Source: Chiloscyllium plagiosum
Taxonomy: Eukaryota
DNA: 64,000 nt
Assembly (NCBI RefSeq): GCF_004010195.1
Contig: NC_057718.1
Location: forward strand, 96,580,230 to 96,644,229
Reading direction: 5' to 3'
Made by a program: the position numbers and the translations under genes. Numbering within the stretch: the first letter of the stretch is position 1; every line of letters starts with the position of its first letter. This document shows, piece after piece, positions 12,046 to 24,590 of this stretch. The notes under the pieces were generated by a model. That model had not been told where the DNA came from and made no database searches. It saw only the letters and a program-made list of their open reading frames with translations.

Positions 12046-12369
12046 ATTGATAAAAGCTATCTTGTGGTAAGAGTCCACTTGACATCCACTACACATCCAG
12101 AGAAAATGCATTCAAGATACTGATGCCATTGACCCCTATAAAATCATTCATGTTTTCAAGGTTATTAACTCCAGCAATATCAGTTCTCTTTTAAAAATCA
12201 AGGTTGGAGTGGGGAGGATGCAAAAGAAATGGTTCTCTTACTGGGAAAGATGGATGGAGGTGAAGCAGGTAAGAGTCCCATGCAAATCAGGAACCTAAGT
12301 GCCCAGGTGACTCCAATTGTGGACAGTCGGTGGTTTGGTGGGATGGGAAAGCAGGCCTAGTCCTAAGAA

Positions 12370-12512
12370 CTACAAGACTGCTCTCTCACCAGAGAAAGGA
12401 AGACGTCTGGTGATGAGTCTGGTGCTGAAGGTCACCACATCTCAGACGAGGGATGAGATTGAGAAAGCAGGACCTTCACGTGACCTCAGCCCATGTCAGA
12501 ATTGAACCTATG
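12370..12512 (-). mobile_element. SINE family 3 fragment
   Basis: GGTCACCACATCTCAGACGAGGG..GAATTGAACC (reverse B box); related piece at ~62170-62225. Confidence 0.45.
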
Positions 12513-12644
12513 CTCAGGTTCTCATGAAGATCCCCTTGAAATAAAGGCTAGCGTTCCATTTACTTCCCTGCTGAACTTGAATGAGGACTTTGTGATTCAT
12601 GGATGAGCACTCCCAAACCCCTTGATTCGATAGCTTTCCATTGT

Positions 12645-12845
12645 CGATTGTCATGAAAGAGTCAACCCGGTTCTTTCATATCCCCCGCAGAGGGAAATCT
12701 CTGGACCTTATCTGGGCTGGCGGACATATCGACTCCAAACCCATAGCAATGTGAGTGACTCGTAAATGCCCTCTGGGTAATTCGAAACGGACAATAAATG
12801 CTGGCCTAGCCAGGGATGCCCATATCCAAAGAATGCATATTAAGT
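12645..12845 (+). mobile_element. SINE family 2, 3' part
   Basis: GACTCCAAACCCATAGCAATGTG..CAATAAATGCTGGCCTAGCCAG tail. Confidence 0.7.
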
Positions 12846-13086
12846 GAAAGGATGCTAATTGAGACTCGGGCCCAGCCACTTCCTGTTAATAGCCAGTCCT
12901 CCAGGACAGCTGTGATGCCTTGTTCATTTCTATAGCTGTGTTCCATCACGTTGAAAGGGGGTTCGCTCTCCACACCAGTGGTCCAGCAGCTGAAATGGAC
13001 TTCTATTAATTTTTTTAAAAGTTGGAGAGAGTGAGTCTCCGGTTGTCCTCCCTCCTTCTCTCTCTCTCTTGCCTGTTGCTTCCTAA

Positions 13087-13226
13087 TAAATGCTCCCAGC
13101 CTCATTCTAGATGAAAGGCTTTTGCCCGAAACCTGCTCCTCGGATGCTGCCTGACCAGCTGTGCTTTTCCAGCACCACTCTAATCTTGACTCTGATCTCC
13201 AGCATCTGCAGGACCCACTTTTGTCT
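13087..13226 (+). mobile_element. Penelope-like terminal fragment (family 1)
   Basis: GATGAAAGGCTTTTGCCCGAAAC..GATGCTGCCTGACC..CCAGCATCTGCAG; 13-bp flanking repeat TGTTGCTTC(C/T)TAA at 13074/13227. Confidence 0.75.
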
Positions 13227-13249
13227 TGTTGCTTCTTAAAAGCTCCTTA

Positions 13250-14210
13250 AATGCCCCAGAGAGAGCCCTGTCTGGCTACTCACTGGCCAGCTCTGCTGTT
13301 TACCCCACACAGTGCGAGGCTGATCTTGGCTCAAAGATCTGCCCTTTATTTCAGCCAGAAAACTGAAGCAGAAACAGCCAGGCCATTGACCTAGTAAGCC
13401 AGATAGCGAGTAATGAAAACAGGGGCGATGTGTCCTTTGGTTACGAATGAGGTCTGGCTGGTTTTATGGGCATGCTGGTATAAAACCAGCAGCATCCAAG
13501 GACAAGCACATTGATGGAGGCTAACAAGAAGCAGAGAGAGAGAGAGAAACATGGAGAGAAAAACATACTTCTGAGCAAATAAAGGAAAATCTGGCAAGCT
13601 GAGCATAAACGTTTGGAAATTTGTTGTCCTCTGACAAAATTAATGCACCACCAATCTAATTAAGACATGATATATGGTGACATTGTAATAGAATACTACG
13701 CGCTCTCTTTTTATAACTTCAATAATTGATGGTTGATGTGTCAGCCAGCCACTGGTAACTATAACAACATAATCCTATCATTCTGGTAGGACTTGTTACT
13801 GTGAATCTTATAGCCCTCTGGAGCTTAAGCTGTTGTAAGAAGCACATGGAACTCATACAATCTGCTGGTGTTTGCTTCCTGCATTTGTTGTGTGTCTAAG
13901 GCGCATTATTTGTGTTTGCATCATCCCAAGTAAGGCAGTGACTTCAGGTTTCAGGATGGATTCACTGAACTGCACAGAGGCAGAAAGAGGGACAGCTCGA
14001 TCACTGATGTGATATCAGCCATGATTCAAAATGAGCTACCTCTGATTAGAATCATGGAGCACAGAAATATGCTGGCCGTAATGAATAGTTCGATCACATT
14101 CAACAGATAGAAACTCCTTCCTGATAGATCAAAGCCCACATCTGAACGCAAGGCAACAGGCGTATTTTTTTCAGAACCTTCATCAGCTTCCTCTGTTTTT
14201 TTCCCCAGCG
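13250..14210. promoter_or_regulatory. Candidate conserved non-coding/enhancer island
   Basis: No recognisable repeat; TAAT/TGACA motifs and retained CpGs; inference only. Confidence 0.3.
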
Positions 14211-14236
14211 GTAAGAGTGAAGCCTCTTTCAACTCA

Positions 14237-14443
14237 GTTAAAAATCCCACAACACCAGGTTATAGTCCAACAGGTTTATTTGGACGCACTAGGTGGACAC
14301 AATCCTGATCCTCCACAACCACCTGGTGAAGGAGCGATGTTCCGAAAGCTATTGCTTCCAATAAACCTGTTGGACTATAACCTGGTGTCATGCGATTTTT
14401 AACTTTGTACACCCCAGTCCAACACCTGCATCTCCAAATCATA
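14237..14443. mobile_element. Fold-back Penelope-like terminal element (family 2)
   Basis: Inverted arms; CAC-CTGGTGA-A-GGAGC-GAT-GTTCC-GAAA-GCTA at 14320-14351; TCTTT(C/T)AACTCA duplication at 14225/14444. Confidence 0.8.
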
Positions 14444-15044
14444 TCTTTTAACTCATTGAGTGCAGGTTCTGAATGGGTTAAAATCTCAACCCTGTAATGA
14501 CAATGCCCCCACGCTAGGTACAGTGCTTACCTCCTCCATCACTGTGGTCCCTGTCAATCAGCCGCAAGCTGGAATCGAGGGTGAGAAACATCTTCAGATC
14601 AGGTTACCGTGAAGAATTCTGATTGCTCGCTATTCACACAGGGTGGTTGGAAGGTTTCAGTGTCCAGGCAAGGGTGTTGATTTACTGCAAAACGTTAGCA
14701 GGAGGTAATAGCAATGGGTTCTGTCCAGATTTAAAATATCAAATTGCATGTTGACGCTGCTCACATCTAGCAATGTAAATGATTAATCCATTGATATGCC
14801 AGTGGTGTTGCTTTCATCACATTAGTCTTACACAGGATTTAAGTAGTAACATTTCAAACAGTACAGTGAGGTTTTGATTTAAATGGCCTTCATATTGAAT
14901 GGGGACCTCTGTATTTCTGAATGAATTGCTCCTGTTAAACACCATCTTGCATCCACATTCATGAACAGATCTTCAGCATCATGCCAGAGCACTCAGCTCA
15001 TTCAAACATATTCCACTGTTTCTGATACACCATTCACTCATCAA

Positions 15045-15180
15045 GCAAAGGCAAAATACCGTGGATGCTGGAGATCTGAAACAAATGCAGCAAGTGCTGG
15101 AGAAACTCAGCAGGTCTGCCAGCATCTGCAGAAAGAAACAGAGCTAATGTCTCAAGCCCAGTATGATTCTTCTTCAGAGT
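15045..15180 (-). mobile_element. Penelope-like terminal fragment (family 4)
   Basis: GATGCTGGAGATCTGAAAC..CTCAGCAGGTCTG..TCTTCTTCAG (CTGAAGA on minus). Confidence 0.65.
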
Positions 15181-15259
15181 CCACTGCTCATTATCCATTG
15201 TACACCAATCAAGGATTGATTTGCTCAACATCGATATATTCCTGTTCTCGCCATTGTGT

Positions 15260-16152
15260 GGCCTAGAAGGCTGAGGAATCATTTTCCCAATTTTGCAACT
15301 TTGACCCTGAGATGCACTCCTGAACACAATACTCCCTGTTGCCAATACCAGCCGCTCTCATCACTGTGACATCACACAAGTCTATCCCTGCTTCAGCTTA
15401 TTCAGTCCATATCTGTATCAAGGACAACGTGAGGACTGCAGATGCTGGAGATCAGAGTCAAGAGTGTAGAGCTGGAAAAGCATAGCAGGTCAGACAGTAT
15501 CCGAGGAGCAGGAGAATTGACGTTTCGGGCATAATCAATTCCTGATGAAGGGCTTATGCCCAAAACATCGATTCCCCTGCTCCTCAGATGCTGCCTGACC
15601 TGCTGTGCTTTTCCAGCACCGCACTCATATCTGTATCTTGGCTACCTTTGGTCTCGCCTGTTGTAACGATTTCCCGACAGCACTCCTACCCTCTGGAAAC
15701 TTGAGACCATTGAAACTTCGCTGCCCACATCCGAAATCGCACCCAATCCCATTCGCCCTATGCTTGCTAGCCTCCTTTGGCTGCCAGCATAGCAAAACCC
15801 AAATATTCAATTCCTCATCTTTGTTCAGGAATCCCTTTGTGGTCTAGAACTTTCCCATCTCTGTGACCCCTTCCAGCCTCCAGACCTCTGAGGTTGCTGT
15901 GTTCCTCCATTGTTGAGATTTCCATCAGTAGAGTCAAACACCTTTGGCTTTTTCAACTTTAACTTATAATTGTCTCCCTAATCCTATTTGCCTCTCTATC
16001 TCTTTCTCTCTCTGCAACTTTGGGGACTCCTTAAAATCTAACTTTTTGCCCATGTGTATGCTCACTCTTCCATACCCCTCCTTTTGTCAATCCCTGTAGC
16101 CTTGAGACATTCTGTTTCATTAGAGGTGCTGCATAAATGCAATATTTGGTTG
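15260..16152 (+). mobile_element. Highly decayed L2 LINE 3' fragment
   Basis: Remnants of FDPEL.., PITPVLADLHWLP-like coding sequence and L2-type end AGGTGCTGCATAAATGCAA..TTG. Confidence 0.55.
15420..15625. mobile_element. Fold-back Penelope-like terminal element (family 1) inside L2
   Basis: Inverted arms; CTGATGA-A-GGGC-TTAT-GCCC-AAAACATC at 15542; perfect 12-bp duplication CATATCTGTATC at 15408/15626. Confidence 0.85.
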
Positions 16153-16380
16153 TACAGACTGGCATTCAGCTCACAGCAGGTTTAAATCTTTGAAGACTGG
16201 AACAATAAGCACTGGACGAAACCTGGGTGTGAATCATTTAACGAGTTTTCCATACCACGCTAAACGAGGGCATCAGTGGCCTCATCTTGACATGTGGAGC
16301 CCTCTGAGGTACGCCAACCTCTGCACTCCACAGGAAAGGTCAACTCTGTTCTCCATGTCATGTCTCAGATCTATACAAAG

Positions 16381-16915
16381 ATAAGAACATAAGAATTAGG
16401 AGCAGGAGTAGGCCATCTGGCTCCTCGAGCCTGCTCTGCCATTCAATAAGATCATGGCTGATCTTTTTGTGGACTCAGCTCCACTCATCCGCCCACTCAC
16501 CCTAACCCTTAATTCCTTTCCTGTTCAAATACCTGTCAGTCTTTGCCTTAAAAACATTCAGTGAGGTAGCCTCAACTGCTTCCCTGGGCGGGGAATTCCA
16601 CAGATTCACAATCCTCTGGGTGAAGAAGTTTCTCCTCAGCTCAGCCCCAAACCTGCTCCCCCCTTATTTTGAGGCCATGCCCCCTCATTCTAGTTTCACC
16701 CCACAGTGGAAACAACCTTCCTGCTTCTATCTTATCTATTCCCTTCATAATTTTATATGTTTCTATAAGATCCCCCCTCATTCTTGCAAATTCCAATTAG
16801 TATAATCCCAGTCTACTCAATCTGTCCTCATAGGACAATTCTCTCAACTCTGAAATTAACCTCGTGAACCTCCTGTGCACCCCCTCCAGTGCCAGTACAT
16901 CCTTTCTCAAGTAAG
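16381..16915 (-). mobile_element. CR1 LINE 3' fragment
   Basis: (ATAAGAAC)n tail, GGAGCAGGAGTAGGCCAT 3' hairpin, reverse ORF2 C-terminus. Confidence 0.9.
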
Positions 16916-17165
16916 GATACTATACATGAATGCACGAAGCATTAGACATAAGATGGATGAGCTTGAGGCTCTTTTGGAAATTGGCAGATACGATATTGTG
17001 GGGATAACTGAGACGTGGCTTCAAGTGGACAGGGCCTGGGAAATGAATATTCAAGGCTACACGTGCTATCGTAAGGACAGACTGACGGGCAGAGGGGGTG
17101 GGGTGGCCTTGTTGGTAAGGGAGGATATTCAGTCCCTTGCGCGGAGGACCTAGAGTCAGGGGATG
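16912..17165 (+). mobile_element. CR1 ORF2 N-terminal APE endonuclease fragment
   Basis: LYMNARSIRHKMDELEALLEIGRYDIVGITETWL..YRKDR..GRGGGVALLV. Confidence 0.9.
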
Positions 17166-17978
17166 TGCTTAGGGTTGTCCTTGTCATCCAAGATTACCTG
17201 GGAGTGAAGAGGTTTTAACTATGCAAGGACTGTACCGGAATTGTTAGAGGTGAAAAAAACCATATTACGTATTTGGTAACATATGTCAAGTCTTATCAGT
17301 GGCCAAGGATTTTGAATTACATAGTTCACTTTTATACTGGGGGAATGGTGCAGTACTTTCTGGCATTTTCTGAAGACCAAGGCACTGAATAGAGGGAGGG
17401 AGATTTCAAAGTTAATACAGGTAATGAATGAGCAGATGTGGAATTGTGAGTTAAGGTTAACATTGTAAAGAAATTGGGAATTTTATACAGGAAAACTGCA
17501 CTAACTGTGAGGAAAAAGGAATCTGAAAAGCATAGTGATAATAGATTGCAAATAGCAGCATTATGCTTTCAGTTAGTTAAAGTTGAATATACAACATTTA
17601 CTTGCATTGAAAATCACTGATTTTGTAATTTTAACATCCTGCACCATCTTTTTTTCACATATCCGTAATATCTTGTTCTTTTTCCTTCCAGTATGCATGA
17701 TAACATTTCAAAAGCTGATAGGCTTCACTCTTGGAGCGTAGAATACTTTCTTATTTTGACTGTGTCAATATTAAGCTTAGGCTACATTATCATTTTCCAT
17801 GTTCCACAGCTTGGAGCCCATGGCCTCTGAGTGAAATTGCTAATTATTTCCAAATTACAAGCAGTTCTGTGCTTTGGGACATATCACTAGGAAATACATT
17901 GCTTTAACTCATTTCACGTTAAACTCTTTGCAGCCAGAGTACATTTTTGTCCTGTTGGTCTGCACTGGATTTGTACCC

Positions 17979-18186
17979 GTTCAGTAGAGACAGTGGTGCT
18001 GGAAAACCACAGCAGGTCAGGCTGCATTCGAGGAGCAGAAGAATCGACGTTTCGGGCATCAGCCCTCCATCAGGCTTTTTCCCGAAACATCAATTCTCCT
18101 GTTCCTAAGATGCTGCCTGACCTGCTGTGCTTTTCCAGCACCACACTCCAGACTCTGATATCCAGCATCTGCAGATGCATCTAATT
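17979..18186. mobile_element. Fold-back Penelope-like terminal element (family 1)
   Basis: Inverted arms; minus strand CTGATGG-A-GGGC-TGAT-GCCC-GAAACGTC; possible GATTTGT(A/T)CCC duplication at 17968/18187. Confidence 0.8.
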
Positions 18187-18599
18187 GATTTGTTCCCTTA
18201 GGGTTGAGAGGCTAGTATCATTATTGGATCACCAAATTTCTTTTATAATGCCCCAGTTTTCAAATGATGGCAAATAATCTTGGATCATTACTGTTGGTAA
18301 TTCTCAATTAAAACGATAGCATGACAAAGCTGTCCTTTTAAATTATAACCTTTGCTCATCATGCAGTGTAATATACATTCAAATTAGACATAAGATGCTT
18401 TAAATCACTCATTATTGATTTTCCTCACATTATCAGGTTGTATCTTGTGATTTAAACATATTTAATGCCAGTAGGACCCTTTCATTTAATTGTAACAGTA
18501 TGCTGAGCTTCCCACAAGCTACAAAGGTTTGCCTCATCAATATACATTCACTAATAGAAATTTTATTTTAAATAATGTATCTCTATTTATAAATGATTC

Positions 18600-18790
18600 T
18601 GTACAAACAGAGTTGGAGTGAGAAAGACGCTTCATTTGCAGAAAATTTGAACTCTCATTGTATAAGGAAGGATTTGCTTCGCATGTAAATAAGAAATGGG
18701 TTGCTAGGTAACCAAGCTGCTGGATTTTAAGGTGCAAGGTGGAGGCACCACTGACAGCAAATAAATGAGCTCCAGGACACTTCTTTTTCT
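18600..18790. promoter_or_regulatory. Candidate enhancer with RFX X-box
   Basis: GTTGCTAGGTAAC at 18700-18712, POU-like ATGTAAAT and TALE TGACAG nearby in repeat-free DNA. Confidence 0.35.
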
Positions 18791-19249
18791 CATTATTTCA
18801 AATTTCATAAATGTTTCAAGGAAGTAAAAACAGAAAAAAAAATTTTGCTTCCTTATTTTTAACATTTATGACTGATCAGCACTGTGAAAATTTCATTGAA
18901 AGGTCTAACCATTATTCTTACAATATATCATCATTCAATGTATATTTAGTTACCAATGTCTTAGTGGATGCCATCTATGGAATAACTTTGCAATTGGTAT
19001 GGGTTACACAAAGAGCATCATACAGCCTAGAGTCTGAGGATAATAGAGGAACAGTCAGTTCAAACTACTCAGATATTGCATACAGGATAACACAGAGATT
19101 GGAGTGTAAAATATTTTAAATAAATTTTGTGAAGATTACACATAAATGTTGAAAAAATTCACAAGAAATGAAGTGTTTTGCTTCGCTCAATTCCCTCTGG
19201 TCAGTTCATTTGTGATTGGATCTGTGCATGGTGTAAACCAGTAATGCAG

Positions 19250-19915
19250 ATAATGAAGGTAAGCATGCAGGTACAGCAGGTAGTGAAGAAGGTTAAATAG
19301 CACGCTGGCTTCATAACAAGAGGGATTGAGTATAGAAGCAAAGAGGTTCTTCTGCAGCTGTACAGGGCCCTGGCGAGAACACACCTGGAGTCTTGTGTGC
19401 AGTTCTGGTCTCCAAATTTGAGGAAATACATTCTGGCTATTGAGGGAGTACAGCGTAGGTTCACAAGGTCAATTCCTGGAATGGCGGGATTACTTTACAC
19501 AGAAAGACTGAAGCGACTGGGCTTGTATACCCTTGAGTTTAGAAGACTGAGAGGGGATCTGATTGAATCGTATAAGATTATGAAAGGATTGGACACTCTG
19601 GCAGCAGGAAACAGTGCCAAACCAGAGGACACAGCTTAAAAATACAGGGTAGACCATTTAGGACAGAGATGAGTAGAAACTTCTTCACCCAGAGAGTGGT
19701 GGCTGTGTGGAATGCTCTGCCCCACAGGGCAGTGGAGGCCCAGTCTCTGGATTCATTTAAGAAAGAGTTGGATAGAGCTCTCAAAGATAGTGGAATCAAG
19801 GGTTATGGAGATAAGGCAGGAACAGAATACTGATTAGGAATGATCAGCCATGATTATGTTGAATGGCGGTGCATGGCCTACTCCTGCACCTATTGTCTAT
19901 TGTCTATTGTCTATT
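19250..19915 (+). mobile_element. CR1 LINE 3' fragment (relatively well preserved)
   Basis: QFWSPNLRKYILAIEGVQRRFTR..RRLRGDLIE; (CTATTGT)n tail. Confidence 0.9.
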
Positions 19916-19916
19916 G

Positions 19917-20728
19917 AGATCACAACTGCATACAGTACTCCCAGGTATGGCCTCACCAGCACCCTGTATAGCTGCAGTACAACCTTCTTGTTTTTAAACT
20001 CTATCTCTCCCACAGATTAGGAATGATCAGCCATGATCATGTTGAATGGCGGTGCATGGCCTACTCCTGCACCTATTGTCTATTGTCTATTGAGACCACA
20101 ACTGCATACAGTACTCCCAGGTATGGCCTCACCAGCACCCTGTATAGCTGCAGTACAACCTTCTTGTTTTTAAACTCTATCTCTCCCACAATGAAGGGCA
20201 ATATTTCTTTTGTTTTCTTAATTACCTGCTGCACCTGCAAACTAACGTTTTGTATTTCATGCATAAAGATACCCAGGTCCCTCTGCACAGCAGCATGTTA
20301 CTGTGCTACCATTTAAATAACAGCCCATTTTGCTGTTATTCTTACCAAAATGGATGACCTCAAATTTACCAATATTGTACTCCATATGCTAGACCCTTGC
20401 CCACTCACTTAACCTTTCCATAACCTTCTGCAAACTTTGCTCTATCACTCATCTTAGAGTCATCTGTGGACTTTGACACACTACACGTGGTCCTCAACTC
20501 CAAATTATCAATGCAGGTCATAAACAATTGCAGTTTTAATACTGATCCCTCAGGCACACCACTAGCCATTGATCACCAACCAGAAAAATACCCATTTATC
20601 ATCACTGATTGCTTTCTGTAAATTAACCAATCCTCTATCCATGCTAAAATATTACCCATAATACTGTGCACCTTTATCTTGTGCAGCAACCTTTTGTGTG
20701 GCACCTTGTCAATTGCCTTTTTGGAAAC
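19917..20728 (-). mobile_element. CR1 RT fragment, antisense
   Basis: Minus ORF QRDLGIFMHE..VVLQLYRVLVRPYL; includes tandem duplication of the junction. Confidence 0.85.
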
Positions 20729-21357
20729 TGACCTAAGTTTTCATGTGCTCAGTTGGTAAGTTATTTACAGTGCTTTAAAATATATATTCCATACTTTCCT
20801 AACTTTTCTCTAATTTTTCTGTAGCTTGGTGTACCTTTCTGAGTCCACGACTAGGAATAGTCAATCAACTACAGTGAGCATCAATAGTAAGCAGACTCAC
20901 TTAAACAAATACAGGCAACTGAACACAGACTCCTCTTCTCACTGGTAGGCCAAGGCAGGAAATCCGTTATCATGTATCCGGGCATGCTCCGATTACCCAC
21001 CCAGCGTTGTCGTCATCAGTGGCTGGACTATATTGTGCAAAGAAAACCTCCCTTCAATCTGTCAGAAGTTGAAGTTAAGATCAGACTTTCAAAGGGGCGC
21101 GATGTGAAATGCTCGCCTGCCCAGATGCTTGGCATCCACAAAATGGATGAGTTTAAACTGTACAGATCTCTCTTGGTGAGGTTATAATCTGTAAAATCTC
21201 AATGCAGTTGCAGTGCTAAAATGGCAGATCTCACTCACCTGATTATCTTAAGTTACAACTTCAGTGAATGGTTTAAATGAGCAGACATGCATAATTTACA
21301 GGGTGTAATACCTTGTTTTGCCTTTGAAATATTAATGCATCATTTCTGTTTTCGCAG

Positions 21358-21382
21358 TCCCAAAACAAAGCTCCAGAACCAG
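21358..21382 (+). other. Candidate 25-nt exon of unknown transcript
   Basis: Polypyrimidine acceptor TTTCTGTTTTCGCAG and consensus donor CAG|GTGAGT. Confidence 0.3.
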
Positions 21383-21899
21383 GTGAGTTGTCAGTAACAT
21401 GATCAACAGAATGTGGTTGCTAACGTTTTACTAATTTAAAATCAAATATAAAACTTTGAAAACAAATCTGATAACACGGCATTGTGAGCGAAAATGCTAT
21501 TTGCCAACTGCACACAAAGTGTCCTGTCACCCACGACTGACAGTGTATTGTACACATCCTGATCCGATCTGTTAGTGTGGAACAGATATCAGCAGTGTAT
21601 CCACTTGACTCCAATGAAAATAAACTGTAGAGCTGTCAAACAGGGTGGCGATCACATTGGATGTACAGCACAGAAAGAGGCGATTTGGCCCAACCAGTCC
21701 ATGCCAGTGGCTATACTCCATTCAAGTAAATTTTTCATCTGAATCTTCCATTTTAATTAGTTATTCCCTCATCTCTCATCTGCTTGTTCAGTTTCCACTT
21801 AAATTTATCTATAGCACAGAAGCATTAAAAGCAAAGATCTGGAATAGGCAATTTGGCCCTTCAAACCGACTCCACCATTTGGTATGATCATGGCATCAA

Positions 21900-22075
21900 T
21901 AGTCATAATCCTGGAATTCCTTCCCAAATGGAATTGTGGGTCAACCCACAGTAGATGGATGGCAGCAGTTCAAGAGGGCAGTTCATCCTCACCTTCTCAA
22001 GGGACAACTAGGGACGGACAATAAATGCTAGGCCCAGCCAGTGATGCCCACATCCCACAAATGAATAATAAAGAA
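21900..22075 (+). mobile_element. 3' end of CR1-group LINE family B
   Basis: Matches 24420-24590, ends ATAAATGCT..CCCACATCCCACAAATGAATAA. Confidence 0.8.
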
Positions 22076-22084
22076 AACATCCAA

Positions 22085-22314
22085 CTCAGTAGCCTCTTCC
22101 CATTTTCTCCCCGTATTCTTTCATCCTTTTATCCCTAAGGACTACATCCAATTTCTCTTGAAAACATTCCACCACCTTCTGTGGTAAAGAATTCCACAGG
22201 CTCACCACACTCTGGGTGAAGAAATTTCTCCTCATCTCAATCCTAAATGGTTTACCCCATATCCTCACACTGTGGACACTGGTTCTGGGCTCCCCAGTCA
22301 CCAGGGATATCCTT
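22085..22314 (-). mobile_element. CR1 3' fragment
   Basis: Minus ORF FRIEMRRNFFTQSVVSLWNSLPQKVVE. Confidence 0.85.
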
Positions 22315-24590
22315 GTTGTTGAGGGAACGAACAAGAGAGAAAAAAAACACTTGACCTCATCCTTACCAATCTGCCAGCTGCAGGTGCATCTGTCCATGGC
22401 AGTATCAGTAAGAATGATCACCGCACTGTCCTTGTGGAGACTAAGTCCTATCTTCACATTGAGAATATCATCCATTGTGTTGTATGGCACTACCACCTTT
22501 CTAAGTGGAACAGATTTGGAACCGATCTAGCAGCTCAAGACTGGGCATCCATGAGGTGCTGTGGGCCATTAAAGGCAGCAGAATTGAACTCCAGCACAAT
22601 CTGCATCTCATGGCCTGGCATGTCCCCCACTCAACCATTACCATCAAGGCAGGGGATCAACCCTGGTACAATAGAGAGTATAAGAGGGTGTACCAGGAGC
22701 AGCACCAGACATGCTTGAAGATGAGGTTTCAACCTGGTGAAGCTACCAAACAGGACTATTTGTGTGCCAAACAGCATAATCAGCAAGTGATAGACAGAGC
22801 TAAGCGATCCCACAACCAATGGATCAGATCTAGGCTCTGCAGTCCATCCACATCCATTTGTGAATGTTGGTGGACAGTTAAACAACTCACTGGAGGAGCA
22901 GGCTCCACAAATATCCCCATCCTCACAAACGGAAAAGTCAAGCACATCAGTGCAATAGATAAGGTTAAAGTATTCACAGCAATCTTCAGCCAGAAGTGCT
23001 GAGTGGATGATCCATCTCATGTCCCAGTATTACAGATACCAGTCTTCAGCCAATTCCATTCACTCCACATGATAGCAAGAAATGGTTAGAGGCACTGAAT
23101 ACTGCAAAGGCTATGGGCCCAGACAACATTCCGGCAATAGTACTGAAAATGTGTGCTCTAGAACTTGCTGTTTCCTGAACCAAGCTCTTTCAGTAAAGTT
23201 AGAGCACTGGCAACTACCTCACAATGTGGAAAATTGCCCAGGTATGTCCTGTACATAAAAAGCAGGACAAAACCAACCCAACCAATTACCGCCCAATCAG
23301 TCTACTCTCGATCATCAGTGAAGTGATGGAAGGTGTCATCAACAGTGCTGTCAAGCAGCATCTGCTCAGCAATAACCTGCTCAGTGACGCCCAGTTTGGG
23401 ATCCCCCATGGCCACTCAGTTCCTGACCTCATTACAGCCTTGGTTCAAACATGGACAAAAGAGCTGAATTCCAGAGGAGAGGAAGAATAACACCTCTTGA
23501 CATTAAGGCTGCATATGACTTAGTGTGGTATCAAGGAGCCCGCGCAAACCTGGAATCAATGGGTATCAGGTGTCAAACTCTCTGCTGGTTGGAATCATAC
23601 CTGACATATAGGACGATGGTCGTAGTTGTTGGAGGTCAGTCATCTCAGCTCCAGGACATCTCTGCAAGAGTTCCTCAGGGTAGAGTCCGAGGCCCAAGCA
23701 TCTTCAACTGCTTCATCAATGACCTTCCCTCCATCACACAGTCAGACGTTGGGATGTTCACTGATGATTGCACAATGTTCAGCAATTCCTCAGATACTGA
23801 AGCAGTCCACGTCCAAATGCAACAAGATCTGGACAATAACCAGGTTTGGTCTGACAGTGACGATTGATGTTTGTGCCACACAAATGCCAGGCTATGACCA
23901 TCTCCAATAAGAAGCAATCTAGCCACCACCCCTTGACATTCAATGGTGTTACCATCACTGAACCCCCACTGTCAACATTCTGGAGGGTCACCATTGATCA
24001 GAAATCCAACTGGACTCACTACATGGACATGGTGGCTACAAGAGCAGGTCAGAGGCTGGGAATACTGTGGTGCATAACTTGCCTGTTGATTCCCCAAAGC
24101 CTGTCCACCATCTACAAGGCACAGGTCAGGAGTGTGATGGAACATTCTCCTCTTGCCTGGATAGGTATAGTGCCAACAACACTCAAGAAGTTGACAACAT
24201 TCCAGGACAAAGCAATGCACTTGATTGGCACTGCATCCACAAGTATCTGCTCCCTCCACCACCAACGTTCGGTAGCAGCTATCTATAAGATGCATAAATT
24301 TACCAAAGATCCTCAGACAGCACTTTCCAAGCACATGACCACTCCCATCTAGCAGGACAAGGGCAGCAGGTACTCAGCATCCTAACTTGGAAATAAATCA
24401 CCATTCCTTCACTGTCACTGGGTCAAAATCCTGGAATTCCCTCCCTAATGGCATTGTGGGTTAACCCTCAACAGGTGGACTACAGCGGTTCAAGAAGGCA
24501 GCTCACCCCCACCTTCTCAAAGGCAACTAGTGGTGGGTAATAAATGCTGAGCCCAGCCAGCGACACCCACATTCCACAAATGAATTAAAA
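22315..24590 (+). mobile_element. CR1-group LINE family B, 5'-truncated ORF2 (APE end + RT) and 3' UTR, disrupted
   Basis: WKIAQVCPVHKKQDKTNPTNYRPISLLSIISEVMEG, LDIKAAYD, VPQG..GPSIFNCFINDL, FTDD; multiple frameshifts. Confidence 0.92.

Noticed and set aside
22505..24352. Functional or domesticated reverse transcriptase
   Set aside because: Multiple stops and frameshifts; ordinary decayed LINE
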